Shown: piece after piece, positions 37,183-47,459 of the stretch
How the letters are laid out: the number at the start of each line of letters is the position of its first letter
Position numbering within the stretch: position 1 is the first letter of the stretch
From: an uncultured Gammaproteobacteria bacterium
GTDB lineage: Bacteria; Patescibacteriota; Patescibacteriia; Patescibacteriales; UBA12465
Direction of reading: 5' to 3'
Assembly: GCA_964394905.1 (NCBI GenBank)
Contig: CAYMZF010000001.1
Coordinates: 1 to 56,746, forward strand
DNA: 56,746 nucleotides
Made by a program: the position numbers and the translations under genes
Notes under the pieces: model-generated
The model's input: the letters and a program-made list of their open reading frames with translations, nothing else
What the model was told of the DNA's origin: nothing
Databases searched by the model: none

Positions 37183-38446
37183 TAATTTTTTCTTCACCGC
37201 TAATCATATTTTTAATTTTATAAACACTTTTCTTTTTTTCATCTTCGCCTAAAATAATAACTCGGGCGATTTTATTTTTATCGGCGTACTCTAAAGCTCG
37301 TGAAATTTTAGTAACATTTAAACCCACTTCCACCTGACAATCGGCCGATCGTAATTTTCTAGCCAATAAAAAAATATCATTTTTTAAATTTTCATTAAGT
37401 AGCGGCAAATAATAATAATCTTTTTTTAAACTTTCAGTCGGTAAAATATTCCATGATTCCAAAAATAATTTGAAAGTCTCATCCCCGGGTGCAAATCCGA
37501 CTGCTGGGAAATCCTTAGCTCCAAAAAGATCGGCCAAGCTATTATAACGGCCGCCGCCAAACATCGCTCGGTTATTATCGGGATGCTTATCAAATAATTC
37601 AAAAACTAAACCGTCATAATAATCTAAACCGCGAATAACGGCGGAATCAAACTCAACATAATCTTTATAACCTAAAGCGCTTAATTCCATAATTATATTT
37701 TGTAAAAATAAAAATCCGGAGCATGTTTTCAGTTCTTTAATTTTATCGGCTAAATCATTTAAATCAGAAGCTTTTATAAATTTTAGAATATTATCAATTT
37801 GTTCATTTTTTAAACCGATGTTCTCCATACTCTTAATTAACTCATCGCCCGACATTTTATTATATTTATCCATTAATCTCATGGTAATAATTTTTTGTTC
37901 ATCTTTAAGTTTTATAACATCAAATAAGGAATTAATTAAAGCCCGATGATTAATTTTTAAAACAAAGGAATTTTTTGGCGGATTAAAAGCTAAAACGATA
38001 TCAATCGCTAATTGTAGAATTTCTAAATCGGCCAATTCCCCGCTTTCACCAAAAATATCACAATTTAATTGCCAAAATTCGCGATTACGACCTCGTTGGG
38101 GTTTTTCATTACGAACAAAATTAGCAATAGAAAAAAACTTTAAGGGCTTAGAAGCGGTATTGTAAGTTTTAGAAATCATTCGAACGACACTGGGAGTCAT
38201 TTCCGGCCGAATAGCCAACTCCCGACCTCCTTGATCAACAAAAATCATTAATTCTTTTTGACCTAAATCATTACCTGATTTAGCCCGATAAATATCGGCA
38301 TTTTCAAGCAATGGAGTTAAGTATTCAACAAAACCAAAAGACTGACAGACTTGACGCCAAGTATTAAAAATATAACTACGAATAGCCATTTCATCCGGCA
38401 TCCAATCTTTAGTGCCTTTAACTTCTTGATTAGAAATTTTTTTCAT
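37172..38446 (-). CDS. hisS: histidine--tRNA ligase
   Basis: VKGTKDWMP, LAIRPEMTPSVVR and GGGRYNSLADLFG...AVGFAPG class II HisRS motifs. Confidence 0.9.
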   Translation of the reverse strand: MKKISNQEVKGTKDWMPDEMAIRSYIFNTWRQVCQSFGFVEYLTPLLENADIYRAKSGNDLGQKELMIFVDQGGRELAIRPEMTPSVVRMISKTYNTASKPLKFFSIANFVRNEKPQRGRNREFWQLNCDIFGESGELADLEILQLAIDIVLAFNPPKNSFVLKINHRALINSLFDVIKLKDEQKIITMRLMDKYNKMSGDELIKSMENIGLKNEQIDNILKFIKASDLNDLADKIKELKTCSGFLFLQNIIMELSALGYKDYVEFDSAVIRGLDYYDGLVFELFDKHPDNNRAMFGGGRYNSLADLFGAKDFPAVGFAPGDETFKLFLESWNILPTESLKKDYYYLPLLNENLKNDIFLLARKLRSADCQVEVGLNVTKISRALEYADKNKIARVIILGEDEKKKSVYKIKNMISGEEKIINF

Positions 38447-38450
38447 ATTA

Positions 38451-39371
38451 TTATTTATAATTTATTATATATTCTTTTAAAGCTTCTTTCCAAGATCTCA
38501 GCGGCGGTAATTTAGTATTGGCTAAAACCGAGTACTTCGGTCGTTTAGCCGGTCGAGGAAAACTCTCCGATAACATCGGTTTTATTTTAATGCTAATTTT
38601 TTTTAATTTAAACAATTCGGAAGCTGCATCATACCAAATAGCCGGTTCGCTGTTTCTAATATGATAAATACCAAATTCTAAATTATCTTCTAAAATTTCT
38701 CTAATTTTATGAGCTAAATCGGGTGTATAAGTAAAACAACTTAATTCTTCATTAACAACACTTATCTCTTTTTTACCTAGAGCCATTTTTAATATTTGAT
38801 CAAAAAAACTTTCTTTGGCTAAAGGTGATGTTCCTTGGGGTCCAAACGGCTTAGAAGTTCTGATAATATAATATTTTAATTTGCTATCAGCTAATTTCAA
38901 CACTTCGTCTTCTCCTAACATTTTAGTTTGACCATATTTATTAATCGGACATCTTTTGGCATCTTCGGTAAATCCTCCAATTTCTTTAATTTTTAAAAAT
39001 TCCTCTTGACTATCATTATTTTCTTGACAAATATTTCCGCCAAAAACATAATCACTGGACATTTGAACTAAAATAGAATTAGTTGTTAAAGCCACTTGGG
39101 CTAAATATTTAACGGCTCTAACGTTAATTTTATAGGCAACTCCAAATTCTTCTTCTGATTCTTCGCACCTATCAACGGCATTATAACCAATAGCGTTAAT
39201 AATAATATCCGGTTTAATCTTTTTTATTTTAGAAACTATTAAACTAGGTTCTAATAAATTAGCTTCTTTATAATTATAAGCTAAAACTTGATAATTTGAT
39301 AAACTGGAAAATTCTTTGACTAATTGACTCCCCAAATTACCGGTGGAGCCTAAAATTATTATTTTTTTCAT
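38451..39371 (-). CDS. rfbD: RmlD-like NAD(P)-dependent sugar reductase (dTDP-4-dehydrorhamnose reductase family)
   Basis: ILGSTGNLGSQL Rossmann motif, SSDYVF, and YGQTKMLGE (YxxxK). Confidence 0.65.
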   Translation of the reverse strand: MKKIIILGSTGNLGSQLVKEFSSLSNYQVLAYNYKEANLLEPSLIVSKIKKIKPDIIINAIGYNAVDRCEESEEEFGVAYKINVRAVKYLAQVALTTNSILVQMSSDYVFGGNICQENNDSQEEFLKIKEIGGFTEDAKRCPINKYGQTKMLGEDEVLKLADSKLKYYIIRTSKPFGPQGTSPLAKESFFDQILKMALGKKEISVVNEELSCFTYTPDLAHKIREILEDNLEFGIYHIRNSEPAIWYDAASELFKLKKISIKIKPMLSESFPRPAKRPKYSVLANTKLPPLRSWKEALKEYIINYK

Positions 39372-39563
39372 GTTAAAATCTGTAAATTATTACCGGTTTT
39401 ATTATACCATATTTATTTAGATAAATAAAAACCTCAAAAAGACATTTTTTCTGGAACTCTTCAAATTCAAATGATATAAATAGGGTCTCCATAACAGCTT
39501 GCTTTTTAAAAAATAATATGATTACATTATATAATAAACAAGTTCTTTTAAAATCAACAAAAA

Positions 39564-40190
39564 ATGAAAATAATGAAAAATAAAAAATGGATAATACCAA
39601 TTATCTTGTCAATAATTACGGTTTTAATATATTCCGTAATTTATTTAACAACAGATCAAATTCCTAAAACGGATGTTATAAAAATTTTCTCAAAAGAAAA
39701 TGTTTGGTGGAATTGGCCAATTTACTTATCACTACCAGTTCCTTATTACTGGATTTTTGATGCCGTTTTTATTTTTATTTTTACGTTTTTATTAACCAAA
39801 AAAATAATGGCTACCGAAAAAACAGAAAAAAATATTATTCATGTTTTCAAAAAAGAAATAAATATTAATTATAAAGATTTAATTTTTATAACCTTAACAT
39901 TTTTTTCTTTAGGGATAATTATTGGTGTAATAACCTTTATTTATCTAGGACTAATAATAAAAATAATTACTGCTATTATTTTAGGAATAATAGCCGGTTT
40001 TTTCCTTTACGATAAAGATGGTTACGGCTTCGAACCAAATTCTATCGCACTGGCCGGATTGTTTTTTGGATTAGGTGTCGGCCTATGTCCACTAAGTAAT
40101 TTTGGGTTTCCAATATTATCTGGAATATTGTTTTATTATATATTTTTAATTGGTTTTTTAATAAAAACCATGGTTATAAACTCCAGATAA
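39564..40190 (+). CDS. polytopic membrane protein, unknown function
   Basis: 208 aa with 5-6 hydrophobic segments, followed by a clean terminator. Confidence 0.55.
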   Translation: MKIMKNKKWIIPIILSIITVLIYSVIYLTTDQIPKTDVIKIFSKENVWWNWPIYLSLPVPYYWIFDAVFIFIFTFLLTKKIMATEKTEKNIIHVFKKEININYKDLIFITLTFFSLGIIIGVITFIYLGLIIKIITAIILGIIAGFFLYDKDGYGFEPNSIALAGLFFGLGVGLCPLSNFGFPILSGILFYYIFLIGFLIKTMVINSR

Positions 40191-40203
40191 AGAAAAATAC
40201 CAG

Positions 40204-40228
40204 GGAAGATTTAACAATCTTCCTTTTT
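40204..40228 (+). terminator. intrinsic terminator
   Basis: GGAAGAT-ttaaca-ATCTTCC followed by TTTTT. Confidence 0.75.
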
Positions 40229-40284
40229 CAATATTTTAGATTTAATTAACAAAAAACCACCTTAAGCCCACAAACCACTAAACC

Positions 40285-40313
40285 TTGATTTATTTTTACT
40301 ACTATGATAATAT
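40285..40313 (+). promoter_or_regulatory. sigma70-type promoter with extended -10 for rpmE
   Basis: TTGATT (40285-40290), a 17-nt spacer, then TGaTAATAT (-10 at 40308-40313). Confidence 0.55.
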
Positions 40314-40397
40314 CAAGCTGACCATAAAATCAGATGGTTTTTTATAATTATTGAGGAATATCGTAAAATTTGACGAAATTACCTTAAACAATAAAAT

Positions 40398-40670
40398 ATG
40401 AAAAAAAATATTCATCCCAAATATAATGATAAAGTAAAAGTCACCTGCGCTTGTGGCTATACTTTTGTTACCGGATCAACCGATTCGGAAATAAAAACCG
40501 AACTTTGTTCTAATTGTCATCCTTTCTATACCGGTAAACAAAAATTAGTTGATACCGCTAACCGTGTCGGTAAATTTAAAGCTAAGTTAGATAAAAAAGA
40601 TGATACTAAAAAAGGAAAAACCGCAAAACGAGTAGCTAAAGCTAAAAAACAAGTTGAAAAAAATCAATAA
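40398..40670 (+). CDS. rpmE: 50S ribosomal protein L31 (Cys-containing type) with Lys-rich tail
   Basis: MKKNIHPKY...CACG...[10 protein letters not shown]. Confidence 0.95.
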   Translation: MKKNIHPKYNDKVKVTCACGYTFVTGSTDSEIKTELCSNCHPFYTGKQKLVDTANRVGKFKAKLDKKDDTKKGKTAKRVAKAKKQVEKNQ

Positions 40671-40687
40671 CATAAGATTGTATAAAT

Positions 40688-40713
40688 AAAAGCGCCATAT
40701 TTGGTGCTTTTAT
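40688..40713 (+). terminator. intrinsic terminator after rpmE
   Basis: AGCGCCA-tatt-TGGTGCT (one G.U pair) followed by TTTTAT. Confidence 0.6.
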
Positions 40714-40736
40714 ATTACCCAAAACACAAAAATATT

Positions 40737-41777
40737 ATGAACAATATTTCAGAAATAAAAACTAGATTTGAAGAATTGGAAAAACAATTATCCGATCCGA
40801 AAATAGTTTCCAATCCCAATGAATTTACTAAAATCGCTAAAGAACATGCGGCTTTAAAAAAACTGTATGGTTTGATAGTGGCTATAGAAAAAATTAACGA
40901 CAATATTTTAGGTAATCAAGAAATTATAAAAAGCGAAAATTCGTCAGAATTAGGACAAATAGCTCAAGAAGAATTAATAGAATTACAAAAAAATAAAGAG
41001 GAATTAGAAGCCAAATTAGACGAAGAACTTCATCCGGCTAATCCTAATGATAGAAAAAATATTATCATGGAAATCCGAGCCGGAGCCGGAGGCGACGAAG
41101 GAGCTTTATTTACCGCTGAATTATTTAGAATGTATGCTCATTATGCTGAAAAAATGGGTTGGAAAACCGAAATCTTAAATTCCAGTGCTACCGGCGTAGG
41201 AGGTTTCAAGGAAATTATTTTTAGCGTTAGCGGAGACGGAGTTTATGGTTATTTAAAATACGAAGCCGGCACTCACCGCGTTCAACGAGTCCCTGAAACT
41301 GAAAAACAAGGAAGAATTCATACTTCTACCTCAACCGTGATTGTTTTACCTGAAGCCGAAGAAATTGATTTAAAAATAGATCCTAACGATTTAAGAATTG
41401 ATACTTTTTGTTCTTCGGGACCTGGCGGACAATGTGTTAATACTACTTATTCAGCTGTTAGAATTACTCATATTCCTACCGGAACAGTGGTAAGTTGCCA
41501 AGATCAAAAATCCCAACATCAAAATAAAGAAAAAGCCATGCAAGTTTTACGTTCTCGTATTTTAGCTAAAATTGAAGAAGAAAAAATGGCCAAGGAAACT
41601 ATTGAAAGAAAAGAACAAGTCGGTCACGGCGATCGAAGCGATAAGATTAGAACCTATAACTTCCCTCAAGATAGAATCACTGACCACCGTGTCAATCAAT
41701 CTTGGCATAATATTACCGAAATAATGGATGGTGAAATTGGAAATATCATAAAAAGTTTAAAAGAGCAGAAAATATAA
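40737..41777 (+). CDS. prfA: peptide chain release factor 1
   Basis: [11 protein letters not shown] (GGQ) and an RF1-type [14 protein letters not shown] region. I use the ATG at 40737; the ORF-track TTG at 40701 lies inside the rpmE terminator. Confidence 0.95.
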   Translation: MNNISEIKTRFEELEKQLSDPKIVSNPNEFTKIAKEHAALKKLYGLIVAIEKINDNILGNQEIIKSENSSELGQIAQEELIELQKNKEELEAKLDEELHPANPNDRKNIIMEIRAGAGGDEGALFTAELFRMYAHYAEKMGWKTEILNSSATGVGGFKEIIFSVSGDGVYGYLKYEAGTHRVQRVPETEKQGRIHTSTSTVIVLPEAEEIDLKIDPNDLRIDTFCSSGPGGQCVNTTYSAVRITHIPTGTVVSCQDQKSQHQNKEKAMQVLRSRILAKIEEEKMAKETIERKEQVGHGDRSDKIRTYNFPQDRITDHRVNQSWHNITEIMDGEIGNIIKSLKEQKI

Positions 41778-41779
41778 AA

Positions 41780-41802
41780 ATCCTAATTACTTAGGATTTT
41801 TT
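41780..41802 (+). terminator. terminator-like hairpin between prfA and prmC
   Basis: ATCCTAA-ttac-TTAGGAT followed by TTTTT. Confidence 0.5.
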
Positions 41803-41813
41803 CAAAATATACT

Positions 41814-42698
41814 ATGACCGTAAAACAAATTATACTAGATATTAATAAAGAATTAGAAAAGAAAAAAATTGAGTTCCCTTATCAAGAAGCCGAATCAATT
41901 GTTTCTTTGGTTACTAATTTTACTCCCAATCAACTAATATTAAATTATCAAAAAGAAATAAACCCAATTCAGATCAAGAAAATAAAACAAATTTTAAAAA
42001 AAAGACTTCAAGGTTGGTCTTTGGCTTGTCTTAGCGGTAAAAAAAATTTCTATAATTTAGAATTTATTGTTAATAAAAACACTTTAATTCCCCGACCGGA
42101 AAGCGAATTAATAATCGATCAAGTTATTAAAGAAAATCTTACTGATAAAAAAACTATAATTATTGATATCGGCACCGGTTCGGGCTGTTTAATTATCAGT
42201 TTGGCCAATATTTTTCGGACTGATAAAAATATTTATTTTTACGGTACTGATATCAGCAAAACTGCTTTAAAAATAGCCAAAGCTAACAGTAAAAAATATC
42301 AGCTTAATAAAAAAATAACTTTTTTAGAAGGTGATCTATTAAAACCAATTTTAAAAAAAACAAATAAAAAAATTTTAAGTAAAGGTCAAATAATTATTAT
42401 AGCCAACTTACCTTATTTAACTAAAAAAGAAATAAAGAATTCCTTTAGCATTCAAAAAGAGCCGTTTAAAGCTTTATACGGCGGAACTGACGGTTTAAAA
42501 TATTATAAAAAATTATTGGATCAAATAAAAAATATAAAAACAAAAGAAAATAATATTATTCTATATCAAGAAATAAATAACCGGCAAAAAGATAAAATGG
42601 AATTTTTAATTATGAAAAAATTAAGCGGTTTTAAACCTCAGATTGTTACTCTAAAAGATTTAGCCGGTTTTAATCGCCTAACTATTACCAAATTTTAA
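41814..42698 (+). CDS. prmC: release-factor glutamine N5-methyltransferase (HemK/PrmC)
   Basis: IIDIGTGSGCL SAM motif; ANLPYL stands where NPPY is expected; FKALYGGTDGL. Directly follows prfA. Confidence 0.85.
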   Translation: MTVKQIILDINKELEKKKIEFPYQEAESIVSLVTNFTPNQLILNYQKEINPIQIKKIKQILKKRLQGWSLACLSGKKNFYNLEFIVNKNTLIPRPESELIIDQVIKENLTDKKTIIIDIGTGSGCLIISLANIFRTDKNIYFYGTDISKTALKIAKANSKKYQLNKKITFLEGDLLKPILKKTNKKILSKGQIIIIANLPYLTKKEIKNSFSIQKEPFKALYGGTDGLKYYKKLLDQIKNIKTKENNIILYQEINNRQKDKMEFLIMKKLSGFKPQIVTLKDLAGFNRLTITKF

Positions 42699-42720
42699 TA
42701 AATACCAAATAAAAAAATAA

Positions 42721-42748
42721 AAAAACCAAATCAAACTTGGTTTTTTTT
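42721..42748. terminator. AT-rich bidirectional hairpin between convergent genes
   Basis: AAAAACCAA-atcaaac-TTGGTTTTT. Only two G-C pairs. Confidence 0.4.
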
Positions 42749-42779
42749 ATTTTATTATTCTTAGATTTAACTATTGTAA

Positions 42780-43901
42780 TTATAAAGAAAAATTTTCAAT
42801 TTCAACCGAAGTTTGACCATCTATTAAATGAACCCAGGTTTTACCCGAATTTAAAACAACCTCTTCATCGTTATCATAATAAAAAATAGTACGACTATTT
42901 GCCTCCGTTTTTTCAAAATAACCCGATTTGCAAATTCCATCTAAACAAATAATTACTTCTCCACTGCCAATTAAGTCTATATTTAAACGTAAAGCTTCAT
43001 CTAATATTTCAGTATCAACAAATTGAAAAATAATATTATCAACCGAGATTCTTGTTCCGGTATTATCGGTATGAGGCGATCCGGCAATATTTTTCAAATA
43101 ATTATTATTTGTACTATCGTACTCCCAAGAAACATTATATTGATATTGCCCATTTTTTATGTCTATCTTATAATTAGCGGTTGAAGTATCAATTAACTGA
43201 ACATCTTTAGTTTTAAATTTCCAAGGAGTAAAAACAGATGTTATTAAATTATTATTTTTTAAATATTTAATTATCTCATTATACTTAGCTAAAACATTAT
43301 GCGGAGCTTCGTAGCCGGAATAACGTCGATAATAATCTGAGTTATAAAATTCATTAAGGGTTAATAAATTATCTTTAGCAATTTTAGCTAAAGCTTCGGG
43401 ACTACCGCCACAATGTAATAATAAGGCCTTATATTCGGCGGCAATAGTTAAAAAGTAAGGCCGAACACTACGAATCGGACCTATTTCTAAATCTTCATCG
43501 GTTAAATCAGAAGTAAAAAAAGCCAAATAACGATCAATACCTCCTTCGGCCGGAACATCATAAATGAGTGACGCTTTGGATAGAGCAAATTGAGGACGGG
43601 CCGCACTATTATTATCAATAATAGCCGCAATTAAAAACGGATTCTCTTGACCAACTTCCACTGAAACTCCGTCAATTAAACGAAGAGTACAATTTCCTTC
43701 ACAAGCCAAAATAGAAGAAGTGGCCACTGAATTATTATTATTTAAATTATAAGCTTCATCATTAGAATTAGATTTAATAAAAAATACAAAAATTAATAAT
43801 AAAATTATAATTATTCCAATAAAATAAAAAAGTCTTTTATATTTCTTAAAAAAATCTTTAGAACTTTCTATTTTTCTTTTAGTAAAAAATATTGGCTTCA
43901 T
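42780..43901 (-). CDS. DUF3048 (YerB-like) membrane-anchored protein
   Basis: N-terminal TM, then IAAIIDNNSAARPQFALSKASLIYDVPAEGGIDRYLAFF, the hallmark DUF3048 segment. Confidence 0.7.
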   Translation of the reverse strand: MKPIFFTKRKIESSKDFFKKYKRLFYFIGIIIILLLIFVFFIKSNSNDEAYNLNNNNSVATSSILACEGNCTLRLIDGVSVEVGQENPFLIAAIIDNNSAARPQFALSKASLIYDVPAEGGIDRYLAFFTSDLTDEDLEIGPIRSVRPYFLTIAAEYKALLLHCGGSPEALAKIAKDNLLTLNEFYNSDYYRRYSGYEAPHNVLAKYNEIIKYLKNNNLITSVFTPWKFKTKDVQLIDTSTANYKIDIKNGQYQYNVSWEYDSTNNNYLKNIAGSPHTDNTGTRISVDNIIFQFVDTEILDEALRLNIDLIGSGEVIICLDGICKSGYFEKTEANSRTIFYYDNDEEVVLNSGKTWVHLIDGQTSVEIENFSL

Positions 43902-45115
43902 AAATTATTTATTTCTTTTAAGGTCTCTCCGGCACATTTACGCCAACTAAAATCGGTGGCCAAAGATTTTCCTTTATCTATTAAATCTATTCTTAAATTT
44001 TCGTTATTAATAATCATTGCCATTTTTTCGGATAAATCATTAGGATCAAAATGATCAAAAAATAAAGCGGCTTCTTGAGCAATTTCATGAAAGACTTTAA
44101 TGTTTGACAATAATACCGGAGTTTCGCAAGCCATAGCTTGAAGAATCGGAATACCAAAACCCTCGTAAAAAGACGGAAAAATAAAAGCTTTAGCTTCATT
44201 AACAATACTAGGCAAATCTTGTTCTTCCACCCAACCTAAAATAATTATATTTTTAGAAACCCCTAATTCTTCAATTAAATATTTTATGTCATCATAACCA
44301 AATCCGGGATTACCGATTAAAACTAATTTTTCCGAAAATTCTTTATTATTTTCCTTAAAAATAGAAAAACCTTCTATTAAACATTGAACGTTTTTCTTTT
44401 TTTCTAAACGACCGATATACAAAAAAAATGGAGCGTCAATGCCATATTTTTTTAAAACATTTTTTTTAATCTCATTATCAAATATTTTTTTATACAGAGA
44501 ATTATTATATCCGTTATAAATGACTTTTATTTTTTCACTATCAACTTTTTTATAATATTTTAAAATTTCATTTTTAGTAAAATTAGAAACGGTAATTATT
44601 TTTTTGGCATAACGTAAAGCAAATTTAGTGGACCAATCAAGATAATCGGTAAATTTAAAATTATAGCGACCAAAAGAAAATAAACGAATAAAAAAATCAA
44701 TAATTTTACCGCGAGCAGAAAAACTATTACGTACAATAGTCTGATCATATAAATTATTATTCTCTAAAAAAGCAATATCATGAATAGTATTAACAGTTTT
44801 TTTAGGAAAAACCAACGGTAAAACGTGAGCCGGAACAAAAAGAACATCTGGTCGATGAAAAATCATTTCCAATGTTAAACGACCCAAGGTCCACATATAT
44901 TTAAAAGGCCATTTTAAATATTTAATTTCTATATTAGGATGATTATTTAAATCCAAGGCAAACAAAAAAGCCTGATTTAAAGGCTTATCGGTATATAATA
45001 CATAATCATTTTTTTGATCAATCTCAATTAAATTAATAATTAAATAATAAGAATACCATTCAGTTCCGGTTTTGAAACTGCGGTTAGCCCGTGAAGCGTC
45101 TATTCCTATTATCAT
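43898..45115 (-). CDS. glycosyltransferase family 4
   Basis: IFPSFYEGFGIPILQAMACETPVLLS. Its TGA stop overlaps the next ATG. Confidence 0.85.
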   Translation of the reverse strand: MIIGIDASRANRSFKTGTEWYSYYLIINLIEIDQKNDYVLYTDKPLNQAFLFALDLNNHPNIEIKYLKWPFKYMWTLGRLTLEMIFHRPDVLFVPAHVLPLVFPKKTVNTIHDIAFLENNNLYDQTIVRNSFSARGKIIDFFIRLFSFGRYNFKFTDYLDWSTKFALRYAKKIITVSNFTKNEILKYYKKVDSEKIKVIYNGYNNSLYKKIFDNEIKKNVLKKYGIDAPFFLYIGRLEKKKNVQCLIEGFSIFKENNKEFSEKLVLIGNPGFGYDDIKYLIEELGVSKNIIILGWVEEQDLPSIVNEAKAFIFPSFYEGFGIPILQAMACETPVLLSNIKVFHEIAQEAALFFDHFDPNDLSEKMAMIINNENLRIDLIDKGKSLATDFSWRKCAGETLKEINNL

Positions 45116-45119
45116 ATTA

Positions 45120-46133
45120 TTATTTAGCCGCCAAAATACTTCTTTTGTAAGAATCTAAATTGTCTAAAGCGATTCCGGTTCCCTTAGCTACACATAGTAA
45201 TGGATCATCGGCTATATAAGCGGAAACACCCAAAGCTCGAGCAAATAACTGATCGATGTTTCTAAGCAAAGCCGTTCCTCCGGTTAAAACAATTCCTTTA
45301 TCAATTATATCGGCCACCAATTCCGGTGGAGTTTGTTGAAGTATCTTTTTGGCTGTATTTAAAATAATTTCTAATTCTCCGGAAATAGCAGCGGTTACAT
45401 CATTACTGTTAACTTCAATGGTTTTAGGTAAACCACTAACACCGTCACGGCCATTTATTTCCATAATTAATTGACTGTCATCATCCAAAAATAAAGCTGA
45501 TCCGACTTTAATTTTCATTTCTTCGGCGGTTCTTTCTCCGATAACCAAACCATATTTTTTTCTAACATATTCTAAAATGGCTAAGTCCAATTTGTTGCCG
45601 CCAACTCGAACTGAAGTTGAAGAAACAACTCCGCCTAAAGATATAACCGCCATTTCAGAAGTACCACCGCCAATATCAACCACCATATGACCGGTAGCCG
45701 AACTAATAGGAATATTAGCACCAATAGCGGCGGCAATCGGTTCTTTGATGATATAGGCGGCCTTAGCTCCGGCTGCAATAGTGGCTTCAATTACCGCTCG
45801 TCGCTCTGTAGAAGAAATTCCCGCGGGAACGGCCACCATAACTTCAGGTCTAAATATTCTAACTTTTCCTAAAGTTTTGTTAATAAAATAACGAATCATT
45901 GCCTCAGTAGTTCGATAATCAGCAATAACTCCTTCTTTTAAAGGTTTTAAAGCAACAATAGTATCAGGAGTACGTCCCAGCATATCTTTAGCTTCATTAC
46001 CAACAGCCAGTACTTTATTGTCATCAACCGATACGGCCACAACACTGGGTTCATTAATAACAACACCCCTTTTAGGCATATAAACTAAAGTATAAGTTGT
46101 ACCTAAATCAATTCCGATTCTTTTTACCATCAT
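45120..46133 (-). CDS. mreB: rod shape-determining protein MreB (paralog 2)
   Basis: IGIDLGTTYTLVY and VVDIGGGTSEMAVISLGG actin-fold motifs. Confidence 0.9.
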   Translation of the reverse strand: MMVKRIGIDLGTTYTLVYMPKRGVVINEPSVVAVSVDDNKVLAVGNEAKDMLGRTPDTIVALKPLKEGVIADYRTTEAMIRYFINKTLGKVRIFRPEVMVAVPAGISSTERRAVIEATIAAGAKAAYIIKEPIAAAIGANIPISSATGHMVVDIGGGTSEMAVISLGGVVSSTSVRVGGNKLDLAILEYVRKKYGLVIGERTAEEMKIKVGSALFLDDDSQLIMEINGRDGVSGLPKTIEVNSNDVTAAISGELEIILNTAKKILQQTPPELVADIIDKGIVLTGGTALLRNIDQLFARALGVSAYIADDPLLCVAKGTGIALDNLDSYKRSILAAK

Positions 46134-46198
46134 ATATTTAAACTTTAATATGAGTATATATTAACCCGTTATAAATTTTTAGTCAATAAATAATATTT

Positions 46199-47455
46199 TT
46201 AATCTCGTCTTAAAGCTTCCACCGGATCAAGTTTTCCGGCTTTTCTAGCCGGTAATAAACCAAATAAAACACCAAACAATAAGGCAAATAAAACAGCTAC
46301 TATAAAAGATTTAATCGGAACTATAAATTTCCATTCTAAACCAAAATAATTAGCCAATAAATAAACAAAAAAAGAAATAACAATTCCTAAAATAATTCCG
46401 ATGACAGCTCCAATAAACGTTATTAAAATTGATTCAATTAAAAATTGTTGCATAATATCAGAAAATTTAGCGCCAACCGCTTTACGTAAACCGATTTCTG
46501 GAGTTCTTTCTGAAACAATTACATACATTACATTTAAAATTCCGACACCACCTACTATTAAAGAAATAGCTACAATTAATAATAACAAGATGGTTAAGGC
46601 ATTGGTAACTGTTTTGGTAGTTGATAACATTTCTTTCATAGTAGTTACTATAAAATCATCTTTAATTGGATCAGAAATATCATGATTCTCTCGCAAAATT
46701 TCTTTTATTGAATCAGCCGTTTCCTCGGCTTTATTAGAATCAACCAACTGATGAACAAAATACATATAATAATCAATCCCCATCATTTTTTTCTGTAAAG
46801 TTTTTACCGGCATTATAATTAGATCATCAAAATCAAAACCCATAGTAGCTCCTTTTTCTTTCAATAAACCGACAACTTGATAACGCCCTCGTTGAATAGT
46901 AATATTTTTTCCGATAGGATTATCATCACCAAATAATTCTTGAGAAATTTTTGGACCCAATACCACTACTTGAGATAGAGAATTATTATCGGCTTCCGAA
47001 AAAAAGTAGCCTTGATCTATTTCTGATTTATCAATATTTATATAATCCGCACTAACACCCATTATCAAACCTTGTTTAGTTTCGTTTAAATAAGTAACCG
47101 GAGCTTGATTAGTGATAGCTCCATAACCTCCGGAAATATTTTCCAATTTGTTAATTTCATTAAGATCCTCTTCTTTTAAAGATGTCACCTGAACACCACT
47201 GGCCAAACTTGTGGCGCTTTCGGTATCTCCGGCGCTTCCGCTTTTAGTACTCGGGACTTTAATTTCTACTTCAATTATATCAGTGCCAAAAGATTCAATC
47301 TGACCGACAATCAAACTACGAATCCCTTCACCGGCCGAAAAAACAACTATAATACTGGAAATACCGATTACCATACCTAAAACCGTCAAAGCGGTTCGCA
47401 TTTTATTTTTTAACATTGATAAAAATGATAATCGAATAATGTCTTTTATTCTCAT
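46199..47455 (-). CDS. MacB/FtsX-type ABC permease (second copy)
   Basis: TM1, a ~240-aa extracytoplasmic domain, then three TM segments. Contains RTPEIGLRKAVGA and LDPVEALR. Confidence 0.85.
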   Translation of the reverse strand: MRIKDIIRLSFLSMLKNKMRTALTVLGMVIGISSIIVVFSAGEGIRSLIVGQIESFGTDIIEVEIKVPSTKSGSAGDTESATSLASGVQVTSLKEEDLNEINKLENISGGYGAITNQAPVTYLNETKQGLIMGVSADYINIDKSEIDQGYFFSEADNNSLSQVVVLGPKISQELFGDDNPIGKNITIQRGRYQVVGLLKEKGATMGFDFDDLIIMPVKTLQKKMMGIDYYMYFVHQLVDSNKAEETADSIKEILRENHDISDPIKDDFIVTTMKEMLSTTKTVTNALTILLLLIVAISLIVGGVGILNVMYVIVSERTPEIGLRKAVGAKFSDIMQQFLIESILITFIGAVIGIILGIVISFFVYLLANYFGLEWKFIVPIKSFIVAVLFALLFGVLFGLLPARKAGKLDPVEALRRD

Positions 47456-47459
47456 ATAT

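Noticed and set aside
39373-39600. 75-aa ORF filling the rmlD / membrane-protein divergent spacer.
   Set aside because: It overlaps the start of the plus-strand gene at 39564 and the likely promoter region. The hydrophobic junk-like sequence has no motif. It is probably non-coding, though a small membrane peptide cannot be excluded.
46134-46198. The 65-nt gap before mreB2 as a possible internal promoter/terminator splitting the long operon.
   Set aside because: I could find no convincing hairpin or -35/-10 pair by eye, so I cannot decide from sequence alone.
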